Assembly (NCBI RefSeq): GCF_964355755.1
Contig: NC_092675.1
Span: forward strand, 16,526,912 to 16,590,911
Source: Antedon mediterranea
Lineage: Eukaryota; Animalia; Echinodermata
Direction: 5' to 3'
Length of the DNA: 64,000 nt
Part shown: piece by piece, positions 13,901 to 27,755 of the stretch
How positions within the stretch are numbered: the first letter of the stretch is position 1
Layout: every line of letters starts with the position of its first letter
Notes under the pieces: model-generated
The model's database searches: none
Seen by the model: the letters and a program-made list of their open reading frames with translations, nothing else
What the model was told of the DNA's origin: nothing
Position numbers and translations under genes: made by a program

Positions 13901-15229
13901 CACAGGGCCTGGCATCGGATTTTTCAAACAAGCTTAGCATCTTTTTGTTTTTAAAATAACCTAAGCAAATATTTTGACATATTTTTTTCTTAAAGCTTAA
14001 TGATAAAGTCCAATTCATATAGTTAATAGTTTGATAACAACCTCTGTTTTTCAGTTAAAGCATTTCTTTATTAATATCTTGACATAAGCAAAAAGACTGA
14101 TAAATGCCATGGTTGTAGTTTAGCTATGATGCTGTTTTTCTTAGTATTTCTCTGTAATAAGAAATAACCTATTACAGTACAGTACATGAGATCTGTGATC
14201 CTTCTTCAAGATGTGTTTTTAATCATAAAGAGGAAAAAGCTTACTAGATTTCTAAATATTTGACATTAATGAGTAAAAATCAAACTAAATAAACTAAAAT
14301 AGTTTATTTATTGATGAAAGGAATAATCAATTACAGATTAAATATTTTACGCTAAAATAAAAATGAAACAAACAAATAAAAAAAAAAAACAGAAAAGAAA
14401 ATAATTTAAATTTGTTGACCTTTAAAGTCATTTGTTCTATTTCCAAATGCAAATATTGTACAAATAAAAACAGCTGTAGGCAACGAAAAGTATGCATTGC
14501 AAATCATTTTGAGCAAACAATTTATTTTAGTGCAATGTGATATGTGTGATAAATCAATGTGTTGTAATTGATGGGCTTACTAGCAGGCCGGCCAGTTCCT
14601 CTTTGCTGTTCAACAGCAACTGTGAATAGTCTGCAAGACATGATGAATGTTAGACCACAGAGGTATACCCCATGGTTAGACCATAGTGAACTTTATAGGT
14701 ATATAAGGTCAACGATAAGTGAATAATGTAAGAATGAATGATGCAATTGGGCTGGGCACTTACTGTACACCTATCTTCAAAGTCTACTAATTTCAACAGT
14801 GTACCAACCCAAACCTCATAATGCTTTTATTTTTTCCTCACCCATCCTTAACTTTGTGACACCTCCTACACTTCTCTAGTTAACAGTATATTTGGAAAAT
14901 AAAATGTATGTTTACAAGAAATATAATATGTACATCGTAGAATGATGATATTTTTGTATTTTTATTAATCATGAATAATTTGAGCTTTTTGATTATGACC
15001 TGTTTTTTTCACAGACTATATTTTATGTAAAAATAAATACCATATGGACATACTGCAAAAATGTTTACTGTCTTATGCATTATTTTTACAAAACGTCAAC
15101 AATTGCAGGTCTAAGTGTCTTTAACTGTTTTGGAAAGACATAACAGCAACAATAACAGCAATGTAAAATCAAAAGAAAGATATGTGAATTAAAGATTTTT
15201 ATTGACAAAAGATGTGGATAGAAAAACTG

Positions 15230-15520
15230 AGAGCGAGTCAAATAGGCGAGAAGGTTAAGGCAGGGCGCTATTTACCATACCTAGAATATCGGCATGGGTT
15301 CAAGGCCGACTTACTCCTAGTTCTAGTGGTACAACAAGTCTTCTCCGATAAGGATTATAAACCGTAGGTCCACACACAGTTTGTCTGTGCGCACTTTAAA
15401 GAACTCAGTTCATTATTCAAGATTAGTAGGGGGTTACCCCAGTGAACTGGTAGGCCCTACGTCATAGGAAAGTGATTAATTTATTATTTGTAATCCTTGG
15501 CCACATGTGCCTAAGTACAA
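15230..15520 (+). mobile_element. tRNA-headed Deu/Nin-domain-like SINE (family A)
   Basis: Core GTCTTCTCCGATAAGGATTATAAACCGTAGGTCC...GCACTTTAAAGAAC...GTAGGGGGTTACCCC is shared with seven other copies in the window. Confidence 0.8.
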
Positions 15521-17667
15521 AAAATTAACCTAGATAATTTCACTGTCAAGTTCTATAGTTTGCCTTGAGAAAAAGAACACCCATGACAAACTTCTAATAA
15601 AATTATCCAACCTCTGGATATACAGTAATAATGATGAAGATGAATACATATTACTAATAACAATGTTGACAATATTTCATGATCATTTCATTTATTTCAT
15701 CTGTTCAATCAAAATAAAAATATCAACTGGTCACAAAGTACAAAGCACTTATTGAGGTAGATAGGATTGTCAAGTGCCTTTCCAACCCCTAAGTTGTGGA
15801 CAATTTTGAGTTCACTTCAACAAATTTTTTTCTGATTTTACTTTTTGACAGCGCTATGAGCAATGATTGTTGGAATGGTGCTTTAAAAATGGAACAATTG
15901 ATTAACAATTTAACAATCGGTCATTAAACAAATTAATTGTTTGATAGAACAAAATAGAGAATATCATTGTAGCTCATTGCTTGCATGATTCACAATGATT
16001 AGTTAAATTGTAGAGGCATTACTTAACCAATTACTACAAATGACCAATAAGATTAATAGGAAGTATGTTTATGGTGTAGTCTTCATATCCCGTCCTTTAT
16101 CAATCAAGGTTTAATTAAAATCAATTTAATTTATACCTATACAAGGTAAAGATCTAAAGATTAATGTTGATTCAATGTTATCAGACATTTACACAATTTA
16201 AAAAAAAACATATTCAACATTGTTGTGGCTGTAAAACTTTCACAATTTATTGTGCATAAACGGAAAATATGTGTTTTAAATAATAAATGGTAGAAATGCT
16301 ATTATAAATGAAAATATAATGTGTTTAAATATTTTTTATATACTGTAGTCATAATTTTATTAATATACATTTTAGAATTTAATGTTGAAAATGTACTCAT
16401 ACTATTTCCATTTTAAATTGGCAAATAAAATTTAATCTGAAATCTGAATTAATATAATACAAGTATTTTCTGTCAGGATTGTTTACATTTTTATAATACT
16501 ATACATAAAGCCTAAAGCTTGATACAGTTTTTTTAAATTGTGTAAATCTTTAATATTTGTATTTTCCTATTTAAATGTACTCATTATGTGGAGGAGTCAA
16601 GATTTTTAGGCAAAAGGCCTAAAATGTGTAGAATTTAGTGCAGCTAGTGCAGCAGCACTTAATCTGCTATACCGTTTGTATAGTACAGTACCTGTATTTG
16701 TATATTAACTGACAATAACACCCTTTAATATAATCTTTTGATCAACTTGGTAAGAAAAAAACAAAATATTGTAGCAGACTATACTACTCTATAATAAGTT
16801 TGATTGGTCTAAAGTGTCCCAGTCAGTCAGCTCATTTTGCTCACCATCAACTGTCATCATAGTCACACATAGTAAAATGGTAGTACCATCTACCAATGTC
16901 TGTTATACATCAAACAGAAATGTGAAAGGGAAGCACACGTAGTCTAAAGAACTAATAGAATATATACCAGTTCCTGATTGAATGATAAAAAATAAGTGGG
17001 TACTTGGTACCCCGATCCTTTTAAAACCATATAAAGCAAGAATCAGAAATTGAATAATGCATGATTCACATGCTGGAGAATTATTATACTCTTGCAAAAT
17101 AAAAAACATTATATTTCAGCATATAGTAGCCTAGTAGTACTACTATACAAAGGGCTACAAGTTCAGCATTTCAGTATATAGATTGTTATGATTATTTTAA
17201 AAACGAATATAACCAGTGTAACCTAGGATTAGATTAGATGTTTGATTATGTAGATGTAGATGTAGATTAAATTGGATGTAGGGACACAATTGGTGACTGA
17301 CTGTAGCATGGCTACATTTATGCTTTCCTGGTAGCTAGAGAATAATGATATTCTATTTAATGTTTGTTTTATTTGTTTATTGTTGTTTATTTCATAAATT
17401 TAATGTATTTTAAATACAAAATAACAAACATATATTTTATATAATAGAAAAATGGAATGTATGGTAAATGTATTTTAAAAAGATTTAATAACAGAAAAAT
17501 GGAATATATGTTTTTATTTTTTTGAGTAATGTTTTTAAAAAGATGCATTTTTCTATTCAGTTAGATCCAAAACATGCCCTGGCAATTGTAATCCTTAATT
17601 TACTTCTTATAGAAAACACATGAATTTAAACATGAACATGTGAGATTATGACATTTTGTAAACCAAC

Positions 17668-17841
17668 CTGAAACAGTTTTGAATTCTTGGTCAGTTAAGC
17701 CTGATTTAAATATCACCTCCATCTCCGACAACTCGCTGAAATTGTCATCAAAACATCCCTCTCTCGTGTAGTTTGTTTCTTCTATGATGTTTGTCTGCCA
17801 GTCTGGCATTCTCTCAAAACTTGTCTTTTTCTTGATATAGG
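17668..17841 (-). CDS. Internal coding exon of the unidentified gene (AYIKKKTSFERMPDWQ...EFKTVS)
   Basis: ctcag|CC acceptor, CAG|gttggt donor, 174 nt, phase 1-1. Joins in frame to exon 9145-8235. Confidence 0.7.
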
Positions 17842-18552
17842 CTGAGCAAATACATTCAAATTTTGAGAACAAAAAAACAAGAAATTAATGTCATATGTTA
17901 TTATTTTGAAACTGAGTCAGAGACAGTTATTGATTGATTAAACAAAAAGATTTTCCCGGTGAATAAATGTTGGGAACAAACAAACAAACCAATATAATAT
18001 TTATAATGTAATATTCTATATACAATGGAAAAAAGAAATAATTCCTTAATTCATTCATTTCATTTATGATAGTACATCCATATACAAAATGAAAAGAGAA
18101 AACACTAGCTTCACCAGGAAAATTAAAAGTAGCATTCCATTAAACAATCTAAAATATCCTAATATAAATGGTAAATAGAAAAAGATGACTGTTAAGCTTA
18201 TAAACTTGTTTCAGAAGGAGACATAAAAATAAGATACAATAAATTCAAAAAGAAACTTGACAGAGGGTCAAACTATATCATCCATTTTCCATGAGATTTT
18301 TAACATCCCAAGGTACCATTTAGGAAAGTTTATCTTAATAGCTGTTCTATTCTAAACAAAATTTAATTTTATTTATTTAAATAATAAAGAAAACATAATA
18401 TAAAAATTAACAAATCACATTGGCATAAAAGCTACATCATTTGAAACTAAGAAAATAAAACGTTCTACAACTTCCATACCTTTTTTGCAACCTGTTTATT
18501 GCATAAAAGAGAAAAAAAAAGCTTAGGTAAATTATAAATAATAACTACAAAC

Positions 18553-18583
18553 CTAGCATTCGACTACCTATATCCCACGCCAT
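18553..18583 (-). CDS. Candidate alternative first coding exon (MAWDIGSRML)
   Basis: ATG at 18583. Two possible donors (exon ends 18568 or 18553) are both phase 1. TATTTATA (~18745) and ATTGG (~18780) lie upstream. Confidence 0.35.
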
Positions 18584-21564
18584 CTCAGATATCTTAAAAA
18601 CTTTAAACCTGACACAAACTTAGACGCAACGTCTCGGTTCTTGTTAAGTCTCTTCCTTACACGCCATCTACAGTATGTTCTGACTGAACGTAACCTTGCA
18701 GTGAAGAAACTATCCTCAGCAGCGTTTCCCTTTGGGCCATGATATAAATAAGTACAGACGAAGCAGCTTACAACTTGTACCAATCACAAAGTGTTTTCAA
18801 AGTTTGAACTTTGAATCTATCTTTTTTATTTCTGTTGTAAGATTGAATGTTCTTACTCAAATCAAACAGATTATTTTAAAGTGATTGGTGATCTTTTTTA
18901 ACAGTTCAAAGATGATTTATTTAACAATATTATCATCACTGAATGAGTAACATTTTATTTTGCCGTACATTTTATAATAATTTTAAATAGAAAATGTCTT
19001 CATGTTTACGTTTATATTAACTAAACTATGTTTATTACTTTTCCAATACAAACTTTGTTTACAAGTTAGGAAAATATGTCTACATTTCTTTTGAAAGAAG
19101 AAATAATTATGTATATATATTATCTTTAGGAAATGCCCATTGACTATTAATAAATAAATTCCCTGAATGGGAAAGAAGTATTAACAGCATGGTTTAATCA
19201 AATACACATTTGGCACTTTGATTTTGGTCTTTAGGTCCAATTTGGTGTGAGGTGGTTCAAAAATTTCGGAAATTATAAAACAAAACATTTTTAGTGTCAG
19301 GACTAGCTCTATTGTGTTTTTTACTACGGAAAATGTCTCTAATAGGAAATATAATTAAAGGGGGTCATTATAGATTATTGGTCAGAACAAAACAGTGAGC
19401 TTCACATTGAGCATGATTTTAAACATGTCAAAATCAAAAGGAATATTGAGAAATAGAAATAAGAATAGAGTACAACATTATCAAGCAAACTAATAACTGA
19501 GAAACGGAAGCTAATCAGACGGACTATTAGTATTTTATTGTTCACTTCACACAGCAGCACATTGCAACCACATATGCCAGTCCAATTAATTGAATATAAA
19601 GAAATGAAAATATAACATATAATTCCAGTTGTTCACCTATTATAGAAATTAATTCTTGATATACAGTAGATGTAACTAAAAAAGTCAAATAATATTGTAT
19701 TATACTGTATATACAGTAGTCTTTGATTGGTCTATGTGTTTGTAATGGCTAGGCCTAACCTACAGTACCACTACTAGATAACTGTTTTTATATGTATAAT
19801 TTTCTTACACCAAAATTTTTAATACCGATTGGAGCCAATTTAGCCCGGCAAATCTTGCTGGCAAAACCTGCTTCGGGAGAACTGTTCAACTGTTAGAAGA
19901 TATAATTTCTACTATTTTAATTCTTTTACTTTTTCATTAAACTTTACTTTTGAGAATGATTTAGCATTGGACCATGATAGTGACCGTACTGTATATTTTG
20001 TCTTTGGTTCGATTCAAATTGTATATAACAAAGTTACAGATTATAAAAGGTGGATCTGGAATATTGGAAGGGGTGGTACAGAACCCAAAGTATGGGAGGG
20101 TCTACCTAAAAGTTTATTTTTACCTTTTGAAAAGGTGGAACAAACTCAGCCATAGGTAAATCTCAGCTGCCTATGATACTATTACAGTATATATATCCAC
20201 AAAGCCTTTATCCTAAAACCCTTTTTTTTAAAAGCTCTTTTTTTCTGATCTAAGGAAGTTCAGTACATTGGTATTAAGAGGAAAACATTTAGAGATACCA
20301 TCTCAGAACCAGAAAGACATGCCATGAGTCATACACATTACAGGTTTTGTGTACTGGTGGATATACAGTATTTATATAAGTCTGAATTTTTGGATTAAAC
20401 AACCTAGTTTTAACAAAAGTTCAATCAATATGCTTTAGATACTAAACCTATTAATAAGTACATCCAGTAGACTCACACAGAATGAAATTATTAACAAAAA
20501 AAAGTATTTTTTCTAATATGTACAAGTATGCAGTGAATGTCAAGTTTTCCGTCTTTCACCAAATTGCAATAGAGGCACCACTTCTAAAAAGGCAATTACC
20601 AATTACATTTGTACCCTAATTAGCTTTGAGGCTTAGGGCATGGAACTGAAAGAGTCGTGAGTACCTTGGAACTGATTGAAACCTGGACCTACTGTAGAGA
20701 TTGGAATACAAGTAACCACCATGCGACAGCTCCACTACGCAGTTTGTAAAACCAGAGGAAATAATTTAAAACAATGACTGCAAACTACTTTGATAAATTA
20801 TTATCCAAATTAGGATAAGCCATTAAAATGCTTTCAAAGAATCTGGTCAAGTTACAAGGGCACTTTTCATTTTCTCACAAACTAAAAATTAAAAAAAATA
20901 CATCCAAACCACAGGAAGATAATTTTTAAGACAATGAAGTAAAACATTGACTCATTGAAATCAGAAAATCAAAAGCCGCTAACAGATGAACTTTAAAAAA
21001 AGTTGAAATAGACTCTTTGACGTCATTCACTAATATAAATCAATCATTTCACACACACAAAATTGATGTACAATAATTTAAAAATTATCTTAATTATTGT
21101 ATCAATGTGCACGTCTACAATGTGCACCAATCAATACATACTCTACTGTACTATTTATATATAATGTAAAAACTTTTACTGTAAAATGTAAATTGTTTAT
21201 ATTTTTTTAAAACAATGTGCACTATCTCATAGGAGGTCTGGGTTAGGTGATTATGAAATGCTCAACCTTTCAAACATACATATATAAAATACATTTTCTA
21301 AAATACATGTTTTATTTTCCAGTAGGGTAGCCTTGACAAACACTGCTCTTCCAAGAGACCTTTCAGTATGTCATAATAAAAGAGAACATATAAACTAATA
21401 ACTACAAAAATTATATTCAAAATTTAATAATTTTTTTTGTCTTATGGCATGACTTTCAGTAACAGGCACAACATATAATTAAATGTCAATTGTACCACTT
21501 TAAAATACCAAAAAATAAATAAAAAATTACCTCACCCAATAAATAAATTATTATATACCAATAC

Positions 21565-21598
21565 CTTTGTGGTTATTGCTGGCACCCCAAACGTCCAT
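21565..21598 (-). CDS. Candidate first coding exon (MDVWGASNNHK); whole exon 21565-21678 including 5' UTR
   Basis: Poly-T acceptor gacag| at 21679, in-frame TAG upstream of ATG 21598, and a phase-1 donor AAG|gtattg compatible with exon 17841. Confidence 0.6.
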
Positions 21599-23189
21599 GT
21601 TGCTCTTTTTATCTTCCTTTGATATCTAAAAAACCTCACGGAATAATAATGCTAAACATCGTAAAATCCAGAAATGTGCTGTCAAAAAAAAAAAAAAACA
21701 ATCATTATATTTATAACATTTTTAATATCATTCTTGTAGAGGATACTAATTAATAGTTGCCATAGTGACAAGCGTATGATCTCAATACAAACACTTTAAT
21801 ATTTTCATTTTATCAGATTCTTTCCAATAGTAGAAATACGACGTTTGTAGACGTGTAGACTAGTAGAGTGTCTCTGGAAAATATCAATAAATATTAATTA
21901 CCGGTTCCCAAATCACTGAATACAAATACAATTAATCGTATTAATATTTTGATTTGAAATTCAAATTTGCAAAACTATAAAATGTCTCATAAAATGTAAA
22001 TTACTCAAGACTCAAATTTTATAATGTTATTTTTTGCGCCGCTCCTTTTATTATATTCAAGAGAACGGGAGTATTAGGAAACAGCTACCATGCAGAAACT
22101 TATAGTTTACTAGGCTGAAAAAATGTGTATTTGTAAACTGGGACTGGGCATTCGCAAACCCTAAATCATGTCTGGGAGAAGAGCGTCTATGAGATGTATG
22201 CAGACAATAGTCTGTAAGACCTGTTCAATAAACAATGTTTTCTGCTGTCAAAATAGGCACTGTATATGCCTATTACTATCAATTTATCATTGAATAATGT
22301 TCAAAGCACTTTGGGGTATGTGGGTCACTTACGACCTTAGGGAGTAACCCCCACCCCGGTAAAGGCATCTCCGGGAATATGTACAGTACTAAATCATTAT
22401 TTCTTAAATTATTAAATAGAATATCAATAAAAAAGGAAAGAACAATAATTATAACTGGTATGTCAAAATGTCGAGCAGCGTTTTTTGTAAGAAATATTAG
22501 AAGCAGCCAGGAACATAGAAAATTAAATCAGCAAATGAATTATTATTATTATAATAATATTATAAATATACTGAACATGTGGAAAGCATTCAAAGAAAAA
22601 AACTATTATTTTACAATACTTTGAATGTTTTTTGTTTTATTTATTATTTAATAACTTATTAATTATATAATTTCCCAGAAGTGCAGAGACACTCGTATCA
22701 TGCACTATAGAAGTAAAATAAAAAGTGAAGTATTTACAATATAGAAAAAAAATATTCAAAAAAAAAATGTTAATTTTTACTCATAGACAGAGGTTGAGTT
22801 GAGTACACATGAAAGGTCTAGGTGGGTTGAGGAAGAGTTGATTATAAGCTGTAATAGACAGTTTCCTGACAGACAAATTAGTGCTACAATATTCAAATAC
22901 ACCTTCATACATTATCAATAGTTTTTTGCTAGGAATCTACAATTATTTCAGTTCTATATTTGGAAAAGTATAGCATTGTAATAAGAAATTTCAATATTAT
23001 TATACATAATTGTTTATAAAACTGAAAAATAAAAAAAGAACTGGATTTAAAACAATCGCAAAGAAGCTCATGTTGTTAATTGTCAGTATAGAAGGGAAAC
23101 AAATTATAAACTTTGATCAGAAATCAATGGCCCCTAATGACCGGCATACTGTAATATACAGTTATTGATCATTTGTCGGAGTTATTTAA

Positions 23190-23662
23190 AGATACGTTCC
23201 CTACGATCAATTTTAAGGTCACAAACTGCATTTTATGTAAAATAAATACTTACTTAAGCTGCCCACTATAAATACCAGCATGCATTGCGCACGGATTGAT
23301 ATTTTTGTTTTTCTTCTGTGATTCACTCACTTTCAATCATGAGAGATGGAAGAATCGTAACTTTTCAGCGAAAATATCAGGTTTTCCCCAATTTATATTA
23401 ACGGATTCTGGCAAAATCAGAAAGCTAATTAATGCAGTAATTAAACGTCAGGCTAGGACTATAGTCGTTCGTATGTTACGCTTTACGAGCTAGGTCTACG
23501 AAACTAACTACGAGAGGACATTCAAGCTACTTAGGTGGTGCATTGTTTCTCTCTATCATTTTTAACGATAAAAGGTACATTACAACAAGGAATGACCTGG
23601 TTTAATGTTTTTAAATTATGCATTATTTTTACAAATGTCAACAATTGTAGGGATAAGTGTCT
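23190..23662. mobile_element. TTAA-flanked non-autonomous DNA transposon (Kolobok-like)
   Basis: TTAA|AGATACGTTCCCTACGAT ... ATTGTAGGGATAAGTGTCT|TTAA. The right end recurs at 15073-15124. Confidence 0.7.
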
Positions 23663-23945
23663 TTAAATCTTTGTGATTCAGATTAATAAAGTTCAGAAAA
23701 TACTACTAAAACCTTATAATTCTTATTTTACACCTTGACATTTTATCCAGTTTGTATGAATCAGGGTTTCGTCCTTTGAACCAATCTTTGGGTTTTTCCT
23801 ACCCTGCGGCAAGGGCGACTTCTAAAACAAATAAATAAGAAACATCCTCAAGATTTATATTCAAAATTTATGTTTTCAATTATCATTAAACTAATATTGC
23901 TAAAATATGGACATACTATAGCAGCAAGCCAACAATTTAAACTTA

Positions 23946-24250
23946 AGATATATCGGTACTGTATTGTCCCCATTAACAAATATTTTTTTGGATGTCACAT
24001 AAGTTAATCACTTTGATCAAAAATTGGATTGAAAAAAAAACAGTTTTTACCTTTAAAAACGGTAATTTAAAGCCAAAAATAGTCAAATTGGCTTCCATAC
24101 CAATGGGTTTTTGGTTGCATTTAACCATTTGTCTTATTATAAATGAAAACATTATTTTTTTTCTGCAGAAGTGATTAATTTGATTAAAACTACAAAATGG
24201 CCTAATAATATTAATCTTCATTTTTCAAGTTTTTGGGGAACAATACATCT
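23946..24250. mobile_element. TTAA-flanked MITE (Kolobok-like), degraded left end
   Basis: TGTATTGTCCCC (~23960) is inverted against GGGGAACAATACATCT|TTAA. Confidence 0.55.
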
Positions 24251-24718
24251 TTAAGTTTTGAAAAGGCCAAGGAGAATTTCCCACAAAATTCATTTCAAAC
24301 TTTTGGTATTCAACATGAATTTTGATGTTGCCATGGTTGATTTGTGAAAAAACAATCGAAGGAGGGAGCACGATTTAAAATGTCTACCAGAGTGAGCCAA
24401 ATGTTATGAACACCACACCACCAAGATTGATCTAAGAATTTTGTTTTATTTCTAAAATAAAAACTTTGGTAACATTCCAACTATAAAAGGAAGTATAAAA
24501 TCCAGAGGCCTTGATTCTTTTTTTTTCTTTTTTAATTTCCCTCAAATATCAGTTTGGTTGATGACTGAAGTACACTGAACTAACTAAAATCATGTGAAAA
24601 CAATTTTAAAATATCATAAATATCACATATTTGGTGGTTTCACTTAAAATAATCACCATATAATAATATTGTATTTTAATATGTTTATATTAAAAAATAA
24701 AACAATTATTCTCTCTAA

Positions 24719-25318
24719 GGGCCTGTTTCTGCTGCAACTGCTCAAAATACGGTATAAAAATACGGTATAAAATACGGTATTTTTTATACCGTATTTTTTA
24801 GTACCCCGTTTCTGCTAACAATACTTCTTGGGTGGTCGTGTTCAATTTCATCTTTTTTACCCAAATTGCCATTCATTTATTTGATCGATAATTAAAAGTC
24901 GCAATAAAGGAAGTTTTACGTCTCACTTTCAACAGCCTAGCCCTAGTGATAGAGATGTTGTGAGAGCACAGAAAACATCGTAATGGGAACAATTAATTCG
25001 TTCCCTCCCCGAGTTATTGTATTTTGCAATGTTGTACTGCTTTCGCAGGCTCTTCAGCTTTGAGTTTACTTGCTTTGGAGACAAGTCTATTCCATACTCC
25101 TGCTTTATTTTTTTAGAAATATCTTTATAAATGTGGTTGTCCCTTTTATTACCTTTTAGTTGGGCAGACATTTTAGCTTCCCCACACAAATTTATTTAGT
25201 AAAACTGTGACGTCTTCGCTCCACATTTTCGCCGAATATATATAATATACCGTATATATACGGTATTCAAAAAATACCGTATAATATACGGTATTTAGTT
25301 GGCAGCAGAAACAGGGCC
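24719..25318 (-). mobile_element. Non-autonomous PIF/Harbinger-like element carrying a Myb/SANT (trihelix-like) remnant
   Basis: ~21-bp TIRs GGGCCTGTTTCTGCTGCAACT / AGTTGGCAGCAGAAACAGGGCC, flanked by TAA and TTA. Four ATAC(G/C)GTAT motifs at each end. Internal Myb/SANT-like reading frame. Confidence 0.8.
24929..25226 (-). pseudogene. Myb/SANT-like DNA-binding domain fragment, frameshifted near its start
   Basis: MWSEDVTVLL, a frameshift, then NHIYKDISKKIKQEYGIDLSPKQVNSKLKSLRKQY...SGRERINCSHYD, the pattern of the Harbinger accessory protein. Confidence 0.75.
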
Positions 25319-26815
25319 TTAGTTAAAATATGAATGATACAGTAATCCAAGGTTGAGAAATGTGTAAATTATTTTAATATATTTATAGAATACAATCTAT
25401 AATTATTATAAAATTCCGTCAATATAATCATGTACAAAAGTATAGTACAAAGATTGGTTTTAGACTTTAGTCTACATTATATACACTGGTGGTTAAGAGG
25501 ATATCAGAGTGTAATAATAATCTTTCTTTATTGAAAATTTGTATGCAAATTGAAGCTTAACATTTCATCATACAAAAAATAGTCCGTAAAATGGATAGCA
25601 AATGACTAAAATGAACAAATATAAAAATATATTAATTACAATAAAAAACAGTGGTAAATTGAAATGATTAAAATTTCCCTGATTATGATTTACTTATTAT
25701 TGTTCCTTGACTTAATAAACAGATTGTGTAAAGAAATTAACTCTTCCCTGAGAAATTAAACCATTATTCAGGGTACTGCATAATAAAACAGTACTGTATG
25801 ATAACGGCAATGAATCAAATGCATCACCAGTTTGCCTTCTTGGGCGTAACAATTTATTTGTAACACATTCAACGGGTATAATGAATTTTAAATTAATGTG
25901 GAAATTATAAATAATCCCTAGAGAGCAAAAAATGTTATTTTTTTGTGCTCCAATAACTAGGCCAGCTATGTATCATGCACTTTATAATCGAATACTTTGG
26001 TAGCTAGTACAAAGTCATGTAACTTAATCAATACAAATTCTCACCTCTTTAATGCAATTACTTTCAGGGATTAAAAAAATACCTGTATCCGAGTTTACAA
26101 ATTTATTTCCGAGCAGGATGGATCATCAGAAGGTTCAATTAACGGGAAAAGTCAAAGAGTCTGTTGCGAATTCATGTAGGAATAGCTTCCACTCAACTTG
26201 CTTATCAAACCTAGAGCTTACGTAGCACAAAAATAATCCTACTTTTGTCAAATCATTTCACACACACATTGAGTAAAATAAAACGACCCCTTTAAAAATT
26301 GTTGTACAACTATAAGGGGTTTAGACAAATCTGTTTAAATAAGGCGTCTATCCAAGGATTTGACCCAGTGTGATTTCAAGGTGGTATCACGGTAGAATTG
26401 TAACAAAATCAAATCAACATGAAGAATTTACTCCAGTTTCCTGTCGGCAAGTTTTTAGGTCATTGAAAGTTGTTTGGAAATGATGTCGTATGGAAGCTTC
26501 CCTCTCATCGTAAATGGAACAGGTCATGTGAGTGAGTCAGACGTTAAGGAAAAGGAAATCAGAAAAATTAAATACGGAATGAAATTATTAAAAGTTACTT
26601 GATTATAACGAGCTTAGATACAGTGTAATAATCACTGGAGTCATCTCAACGTTAATTATTCCATTATAAATGAAACGCATTATATAATAGGGGTGTGGCT
26701 ACAATCATTGATTCATAGATTGCAATCGGTAATTTTAATACTATAGGTAATCTTAAAATGATTGTATATATTTTGTCTGCAATTTAGAATAGTTTCAAAA
26801 TATCTTATTAATATC

Positions 26816-26993
26816 GATTGTAAAGTGTGTCTGATCTAATGTTTCTTTAGAGTGTATATTGTTTGTTAAGTTGTGATTGTAAAGTGTGTCTGATCTAATG
26901 TTTCTTTAGAGTGTATATTGTTTGTTAAGTTGTGATTGTAAAGTGTGTCTGATCTAATGTTTCTTTAGAGTGTATATTGTTTGTTTAGTTGTT
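26816..26993. repeat. 59-bp tandem repeat x3
   Basis: GATTGTAAAGTGTGTCTGATCTAATGTTTCTTTAGAGTGTATATTGTTTGTTAAGTTGT repeated. Confidence 0.92.
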
Positions 26994-27619
26994 ATTTAAG
27001 TGAGTCCAATGCAAATGTTGATATTTTTTCTTCATTCAAGACTCATTGTATTCTTTTTTTAAATAATTGTGCTCAATAGGCTCATTTTTACTACAGTATT
27101 TAACATATCTTTATTTAAGTTTGCTTCATATAGTATTTATTGTATCTCTTTAAGTGGCAACTTTCATTGCTGTTTTTATTTATTTATTTATTTGTTCTTT
27201 CTTTAAACTGAAATACACATTAAATACAAATGTACCGATTTCCAAAGTGGTTCAGTAAACATATTTATAACAAAAATAAAATATAAAAGAAAAACAACAA
27301 GAAAGAAAAGAGATTAATTCCATAGTTTTGTTGGTTGATAGTTGTTGATATTGGTGAAATAAAATAAATTTTAAAAAATAAAAAATTCTTTTAATTGTAA
27401 ATTTTTTTAAATTTAAGTACTGAGGTGAAAACACTAAACACTAAAATTACAGTAGGAATACATACTTTTATTTAGAAGGCCAATGCATCATCATAACAGC
27501 GGAAGCGGAACTGCAGTGTAGAACAGTGTCTTCCGGTTCATCACAACTCTAGTTGTTTTTTTAAAAAAGCATTTAATATTCATCAAAATGTGGCATAATC
27601 AAGTAGTTTTATTACTATT

Positions 27620-27755
27620 AAGCTATGTCTACACTTATCAAACTTTATGTGACAAAAGAATGTTACATGCCCATATATGGACATGATGTTGTCATAAATT
27701 TGGGCATATCACTACCATATTTGGGCACATCATACTTTTTTTGTGAAAACTAGTA
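27620..27755. mobile_element. Truncated MITE (AGCTATGTCTACAC terminus)
   Basis: Harbinger-like left end and internal TGCCCA/TGGGCA inverted motifs. The right TIR is missing. Confidence 0.45.
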
